Below, piece by piece: positions 54,494-64,000 of a DNA stretch of 64,000 nt. Both the position numbers and the translations under genes were made by a program. Source of the stretch: Spirogloea muscicola (lineage: Eukaryota). A model generated the notes under the pieces. That model was not told where the DNA came from. It did not search any database and saw only the letters and a list, made by a program, of their open reading frames with translations. The DNA is taken from contig WELB01000005.1 in NCBI GenBank assembly GCA_009602725.1, positions 1,082,183-1,146,182 on the forward strand, read 5' to 3'. Each line of letters opens with the position of its first letter. Position 1 is the stretch's first letter.

Positions 54494-56918
54494 TCATGCC
54501 GTAGTCGACCTCTTCCAGAGCATGCTATTCTCCCCATGGCAGTAGGAGAAGATCGCGGCAACGCAGACTGCACCGCCAAGGATGTTGCCAAGCGTGACGG
54601 GGAGCAGGTTACGAAGTAGAAATGCTTCCATACTTACATCAGCTCCCAACAGCATCCCCTGGCATGGAGAAAAGATTACGGCGCTTTTAAACAGAATGAA
54701 CTTACAATGCTACCGGGCGAATGGCAGCCAAGTCATTCTCTCACGGTTGTGCCAAGCTGTGTGGACATCCAACAACAAATGCTGATGCCCAGCCTTCTGA
54801 ACACGACCTTCAAGGAAAACTGAACCATCATAGCAGCAAGTTGGACAACTTTGTCATTGCTGGAGGCAATCTCACAGGCAGGATTCCACGACATTGGTGG
54901 AAGCAGGGGCGCACAGGGCGTCGCAAACCTGGGGCAGGAGGAACATATTGGCCACCGAGTGCTCGAAGCCGAGTGCAACAAATGTGCTAACTGGCCCAAG
55001 GATGCCAACGAATTTGCCGGCTACGCTGGAGCTCGCTGAGGCCTGGTACACCGCTGCGCCACCAAGCCGTCGTCACCAGGATTAGGCTCCAGGAAATCAG
55101 TGAGGATTGATGTGTGACCCTTCTGATATTGTAAACTCAGGCCGCGAGGCTGAGAAGCTGAGAAACTGATGTCAATGCTTAAGTATGCCTGCAATGCGCA
55201 AGACTTTCAGAGCAAAACGTCCTGTGACCCATGCGTGGGAGCAGACCACTTTGATCTGCACGCCATCGTCGTCTGGCTGCCGCTAAGTCGTGGGGGAAGG
55301 GGGTTGGGGGGACGGAGAGGAGCGCGGGACTTACCCATGCAGACCATCCAGTTGCAGAGGAGGCCCTTGAGCACAGCAGTGCCAAACGGCAGGCCGGCCT
55401 TGGCTTTCGCAGCAGCAATGGCCGCCTGCACCATTGGCGCAGTTGACACTGCAGAGCCCCCGCAAGCCTCGACCACTACTGAGTTGGGTCTGCTTCACCT
55501 TCACGACCGTCGGCTGCCGCCATACCACAGCAGAACGTTGTGGGCGAGTTGGGTGGCGCCGAGCGTCTCACAGGCTCGGACGTGGAGGCCGGCCCAGGCG
55601 ATAACGAGCGCGCCGGCGAGGTTGCCGGTGAACGAGAGGCCCCAGTTGCGCGCCAGCTGGTCGCCCGTCACCCGGCCCTCCAGCCACCCGAGCGTCATTG
55701 TGAAGGTGTTGCCGGTGAAGAGCTCCGCACCTTGAGGAGGCGTGGCGGCCAAGGTCAGGTCTTTCTCGGGCAGCCATCGGCTGCCGAGGCCGCTTGGCTG
55801 GCCAGCATTTGCAGGACATGGAGTGTGTGTACTGAGTGATGGAGGGCCTGAGTAGCCAAGTACAAAGGCAAGCACATTGACAAATACACATCACCTGCTG
55901 CTAAGCTGACCCGCTCAGTAACCACGAGTCAGCACATAGAGGTCGCTAACTGATGCTCGAATATAGGACGGCTATTGACGAGCCCTTGTGCCACCTGCTA
56001 AGGCTCGACCAGCTTTCTGGTGCAAAGCATGAGCCTGAGCTCGCAGAGGAGCCCCCTGCACCGTCGCAATGGCCGCGGGCGGCTGCCTTCGTTCATGGCC
56101 AGGAAAGGAAAGGGGAGACGGTCCTCCAGAAGGAGGCGATGGCTGTGACAGGCCAGCCCAATTAAGGAAAAAGAGACGACAACGTCCAGAGGGCCGGAAT
56201 GCGCCAGGAGGTCTCATAGTTGATCAGTTAGTTGGTATCATTACTTAATAAAGTCCTCAAATGGGTCTGAGAGTGCTGAAATTCCATTCTAAGCTTACTT
56301 TGTCTTAGAAAGGGTTCTTCATTCACTATAAGTTGAGCAGTTTACTCATGATTGAAACTTAACTGCTCTAAATCCTTCGAGACAATACGAAATCGTCGTC
56401 TCGCCCAGCGGCGGGCGCTGTCTCCGGAGAGCGACGGGGAGGACGGCGAGTGAGCGGGCGCGGACCTGTGAGGAGGGTCATGGTGAGGAAGAAGGGCAGG
56501 CCGAGGGCGCCGAGGAGCCAGCGCTGGAGGCCGGGGTTGGCGGCGGCCAGCGCGGGCGCGCCGCCGCCGACGGCTGTCATGAGCATGGCGCCGAGCGCAA
56601 TGTACGCGCCCGCCGCCACGCCCAGCACCAGCGTCTCCGCCGCCGAGAGCTTGGCCTTGGCCTCCGCGCTGGCCACTGTCCCCGCGGCCAGCGCCGGTCA
56701 GAAGGCGGCGGCGGCGGCGGCGGCGGGCGGCGGCGACGGAGGCGGGCGAGGAGATGGAGAGAATCTGGTGCGGGCGCGGATTGTTAGCCCGCGCTATCGG
56801 CACCCGGATTGGCGCGGATAAGGGCCCCGGAGAAGCTCCCTCGGGCCTGCCGACGGTTGCGTTAGGTTAGGCGGGGGTTACGCTAATGNCCCGCCGAGCA
56901 GCGGCGCCCGCCGAGCAT

Positions 56919-56950
<32 letters not shown>

Positions 56951-56954
56951 CCAT
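54494..56954 (-). CDS. NAR1: NAR1-type formate/nitrite transporter (FNT family); 5' end uncertain because of a single-N break at 56889
   Basis: LGVAAGAYIALG..ANPGLQRWLLGALGLPFFLTMTLLT|GAELFTGN..NW..GNLAGA, KGLLCNWMVCM|AVYQA..AGKFVGILGPVSTFVALGFEHSVANMFLLPQ|GMLLGADVS..RNLLPVTLGNILGG. These are FNT signatures. Stop at 54494-54496. Confidence 0.93.
55851..55949. promoter_or_regulatory. Second copy of the intronic NRE-like element, in the NAR1 intron 55731-56465
   Basis: TGACCCG-N11-CGAGTCA (55907-55931), an 8-nt spacer, AGGTCGCTAA (55940-55949), and upstream block AGTAGCCAAGTACAAAGGCAAG (55851-55872). Confidence 0.55.
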
Positions 56955-57284
56955 GGGGGAACAGCTCCTGGCCAGGAGTGCCACGTGTCCCGCGACGGGG
57001 CCCCCGGGTCTCTTATTACTTCCCCTTATCTCTGCAAGCTCGTCCCAATCTTTTCTTCCCATTTTGTGACATCAATCTGATATACAGCGTATACTTTACC
57101 AGCGCTTAAGGAACAGTCAACAACAAAATGTTTCCGCCCCGGCGGCCCTGACCCACGGGGTCGCCGAGGGGGCGCCCAGAGGGGCCTCCCACGTGGCCAA
57201 CCCGGCAATGAAGCCCCTCCGCTTGGGCCCCACTCGGCACGTGGCCTGTGATGGCTCCCTAGCTCTCGCTGCTGCCTCTGGCTC

Positions 57285-57727
57285 TGGCCAGGGGACCCAC
57301 TTCCAGGAGCCTAGCTTCTCTGAGGCTGCTTAGCAGGGGTTACTGAGCAATACGTAGCTGCTTTGTGTCTTGTTGTGCTTGTTTTCCTTAGCGCTTCCCC
57401 TGACCCCCTTCTCGTACTTTGTTCGTTCGTTTTTGGGCTGGCTTTTCCAGCCCCTATCCTCAATGGGCGAGCCCTTTCTTCACTAGCTCCGTCTGCAAGA
57501 ACACATGCTCCCGTGGCCAGGTGACCCGCTTCCAGGAACCCAGCTTCTCTGACCTGAGGCTGCTTAGCAGGGGATACTGAGTGCTTCGTAGCTGCTTAAT
57601 TTCTTCTTGTGCTTGTTGTTCTCAGTGCTTCCCCTGGCTCCTTCTCGTCCTTCGTTCAATCTTTTCGGGCTGGCCTTTCCAGCCCCTATCCTCAATGGGG
57701 GGCGAGCCCTTCTTCTTCTACTCCCGT
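57285..57727. repeat. Diverged ~210-230 bp tandem direct repeat upstream of NAR1
   Basis: Both copies (~57285-57492, ~57514-57727) run tggccagg.gaccc.cttccagga..cagcttctctga..gctgcttagcagggg.tactgag..gggctggc.tttccagcccctatcctcaatgg..gcgagccctt. Confidence 0.9.
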
Positions 57728-58861
57728 TCAGAACTGAAGCTCATAAATTGCCGAAGCTCATAGCTGCGGCCTCAGGCTGTCGTCAAGGGCACTGCTTTCC
57801 GGCGGCTAGTCTTTTGACTTGCAGTTGCTAATAAGAGGTCATTAAGTAATAATGTCATACATGGTCCTTGCTTGCTTATGTGCTTCAGCGCTTTTCGGCC
57901 CTTTCAGACCGTGTCGAAATCTCATCGGGCTGGCTTTATACAGCACTCGCCCCATTTGGAAAAGCTAACTTCGATCGTTGGTGACCCCTGCTACTGGTGC
58001 GCTTCCCCATGCTCTGGCTGCCCGTGCGTCCGGGCACAGGCACGAGCACAGCCGGCGCGTGCTCGCATGACCCTGCGCGTCTCTACTGCGCTCAACATCG
58101 TCCGCCTTCCAGCACCAGTCGCTGAGTATGTACATGCAGAGGGTATATGTCCTCAACGGGGGCGGCGAACGCTGATGTGCTGGATGTGCTGCCCAAGATG
58201 GGCCAGTACGAAGAAGCCGCCGACTATGACGGACTTTCAGCTGACGAGCAAACGCTTGCAAACGTCAATGATTGTTGGCGGGAGCTTTCAACCTGCAATT
58301 TGTTTCCAAAGCTAGCTTGCGTCATATATGCAAACAGATGATTCGATTCGGGGGCTTTGATAGCATCTGTTCAAAAACTGAAATAAATAATGAAGAGAGT
58401 GAAGTTGCAGCATCCTCAGACAGAGGGAGCAGATCCGAGTGGCCTAAGCAGATGATCTATGAGTAAGAGCGCGAGCAATTGCAAGCGTTTATGATCTCAC
58501 CTACCAGTGCTTGGCAGCGCAACGTGTTACCTTGTTGCTGTGACCAGACCCTGCACCACAAAGAGGTAGACTACCCATTAGCCGTTGCTTGCCAGCAGAT
58601 GCAGATGAAGCTCCGCATGGTGGTCCCACATCAACAGAAGAGACTTCCAAATACTGCAGAAGCTTGTTAGGCCAGTGATGACCTTTCAAGCTTCAAGATG
58701 CACGTGGACCGCAATAGAAGAGCCTTTTTGTGACACATTAACAGCTGCTATATCGTACTTCTGGTGCTGCTCTACGACCTCGTTATGGTGATAGAGCAAC
58801 TAAAGAACATATTATCCCGAGCTGCAAGATCAGAAAATAGGCTAGGTGATGCAAGATGAGG

Positions 58862-58907
58862 CTTGTGGTTGCTGATAATGTCAAACTTGTGGTTGCTGAT
58901 AATGTCA
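58862..58907. repeat. 24-bp tandem duplication
   Basis: cttgtggttgctgataatgtca occurs twice with a 24-nt period. Confidence 0.85.
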
Positions 58908-58920
58908 TGCGTACGTGTAC

Positions 58921-59721
58921 ATGCACATCGACCACCAAACCGTCTGTACACCCACGGGAGGTAGTACCCTTCCTTGCAATTGCAGTGGTAACCTCCCCCC
59001 AAAACACGGGCACAGGTCCCCCCATCCCCACATGGGTTGCCGGAGCACGGGTCGGAAATTTCTGCGCAATTTTTGACCTCATTAATCAACCTCGACTGGT
59101 CTGTACAGGCATCATACAGGGGCTCCTTTACTACGCGCTGGCTGCTCAAATCAGCACATACTGGCATACACTGCAAGTATCTCCCTGCTCAGTGTCACTG
59201 TCATGCATATGACTTGCCGTTCACCTTTGCAGGCGCTTTCAGGGGAAGTCTGGCGGTAGCCTGGTACGCACTGGCACTGATGACCAGGCTCATACAACAC
59301 CTCCACGCAGGTCCCAGCTGGCCCGCATGGATTGCCTACGCAGCTGCCTCTCCTTCCTGCCAAGCATTGCTTCAGAGCTTAGAAACAATCTTGATTCGAC
59401 TTGGAAAGAAGCCCTTTGTCAATTTCGTGGCCTCGGCTGAGCCTGAGAGCATACATTAAGGTAGGGAATCGGAGCTGCAACACTTATCACGGGTGCACAA
59501 TGAACGCACGCAATATTAAAGACCTGTGTAAGCATGAGCAGGACAGGCATGATGGTATGTGTGTGTCTTGGAGTCGTCAGACTCACTTAAGCACACTGAC
59601 TCTCCTTCGTTGTTGACCCCGACGATGTATCCATGCAGACAGCTGCAGTCATAACCGCCATCGTTATTTTCACACGTTCCAACTCCACATGGGTTTGGAT
59701 GTTTTCTGCACTCATCGATAT
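58921..59721 (-). CDS. EGF-like repeat protein, three exons (59587-59721, 59225-59356, 58921-59061); both gene ends unresolved
   Basis: [35 protein letters not shown] (Ca-binding EGF consensus); [61 protein letters not shown]. Each exon is flanked by AG/GT. Confidence 0.8.
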
Positions 59722-59979
59722 CTGTGCATCACAACTCTGAATTTGTCATGCCATATGATCCACCTCCACATTAGTGAACTTGCTTAAGGGACTGCGCCAT
59801 TCTGAGGTCAAAGACTCTATGGTCTTGTCAGTGCCAGTTCAAATGACAAAAAGTGGTAATCCCCCAATATAGAGCAAGATCAGGGCTTGACACACAGCCC
59901 AGGTTGTGATCCCGACTGCTCTATGACGACCTGCACCGCCCGTCGCCAGCACAAGCGGCTGAAAGGAGGGCGTGATGTA

Positions 59980-59982
<3 letters not shown>

Positions 59983-60028
<46 letters not shown>
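59983..60028. repeat. (TA)n microsatellite at a gap edge
   Basis: Uninterrupted TA run. Confidence 0.95.
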
Positions 60029-60927
60029 NNNNNNNNNNNNNNNNNNNNNNNNNNNNNNNNNNNNNNNNNNNNNNNNNNNNNNNNNNNNNNNNNNNNNNNN
60101 NNNNNNNNNNNNNNNNNNNNNNNNNNNNNNNNNNNNNNNNNNNNNNNNNNNNNNNNNNNNNNNNNNNNNNNNNNNNNNNNNNNNNNNNNNNNNNNNNNNN
60201 NNNNNNNNNNNNNNNNNNNNNNNNNNNNNNNNNNNNNNNNNNNNNNNNNNNNNNNNNNNNNNNNNNNNNNNNNNNNNNNNNNNNNNNNNNNNNNNNNNNN
60301 NNNNNNNNNNNNNNNNNNNNNNNNNNNNNNNNNNNNNNNNNNNNNNNNNNNNNNNNNNNNNNNNNNNNNNNNNNNNNNNNNNNNNNNNNNNNNNNNNNNN
60401 NNNNNNNNNNNNNNNNNNNNNNNNNNNNNNNNNNNNNNNNNNNNNNNNNNNNNNNNNNNNNNNNNNNNNNNNNNNNNNNNNNNNNNNNNNNNNNNNNNNN
60501 NNNNNNNNNNNNNNNNNNNNNNNNNNNNNNNNNNNNNNNNNNNNNNNNNNNNNNNNNNNNNNNNNNNNNNNNNNNNNNNNNNNNNNNNNNNNNNNNNNNN
60601 NNNNNNNNNNNNNNNNNNNNNNNNNNNNNNNNNNNNNNNNNNNNNNNNNNNNNNNNNNNNNNNNNNNNNNNNNNNNNNNNNNNNNNNNNNNNNNNNNNNN
60701 NNNNNNNNNNNNNNNNNNNNNNNNNNNNNNNNNNNNNNNNNNNNNNNNNNNNNNNNNNNNNNNNNNNNNNNNNNNNNNNNNNNNNNNNNNNNNNNNNNNN
60801 NNNNNNNNNNNNNNNNNNNNNNNNNNNNNNNNNNNNNNNNNNNNNNNNNNNNNNNNNNNNNNNNNNNNNNNNNNNNNNNNNNNNNNNNNNNNNNNNNNNN
60901 NNNNNNNNNNNNNNNNNNNNNNNNNNN
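60029..60927. other. Assembly gap (N run) between the EGF gene and GGT
   Basis: Run of n. Confidence 1.

Positions 60928-64000
<3,073 letters not shown>

Noticed and set aside
57243..57327. Possible C/D-box snoRNA (GCC-TGTGATGG...CTGA-GGC)
   Set aside because: The C box is imperfect, I recognise no rRNA/snRNA complementarity, and the segment overlaps the tandem repeat. It would need snoscan or small-RNA data.
58147..58341. Protein-like ORF MSSTGAANADVLDVLPKMGQYEEAADYDGL...
   Set aside because: Short, no family recognised and no supported exon chain; it could be a gene fragment but cannot be called.

Overview
GC-rich, intron-rich eukaryotic nuclear DNA from a green plant lineage. It is most likely a streptophyte alga (inference): land-plant-type orthologues and gene structure, TTTAGGG motifs, and an algal-type NAR1/FNT transporter. 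There are four large N gaps. About 16 protein genes can be read by joining exons by eye: bZIP 3' end, ALDH22A1, RIQ1-like DUF1118, RPS17, MYB4R1/SNAPC4, FKBP20-1, mitochondrial-type uS5, a divergent copine, RAD52-like/ODB, CPP1, a senataxin/SEN1-like helicase, ferredoxin-nitrite reductase, nitrate reductase, NAR1, an EGF-repeat gene and a gamma-glutamyltranspeptidase that runs off the end. The main finding is a compact nitrate-assimilation cluster (NiR <- -> NR, then NAR1). The NiR and NAR1 introns share a two-block non-coding element whose core is an NRE-like palindrome, TGACCCG-N11-CG(G/A)GTCA, and related diverged tandem copies lie upstream of NAR1. The NR has land-plant-like intron positions, a hinge-1 14-3-3 motif and a non-acidic cofactor-specificity residue. 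All assignments come from manual reading and recalled family motifs; no database search was run.
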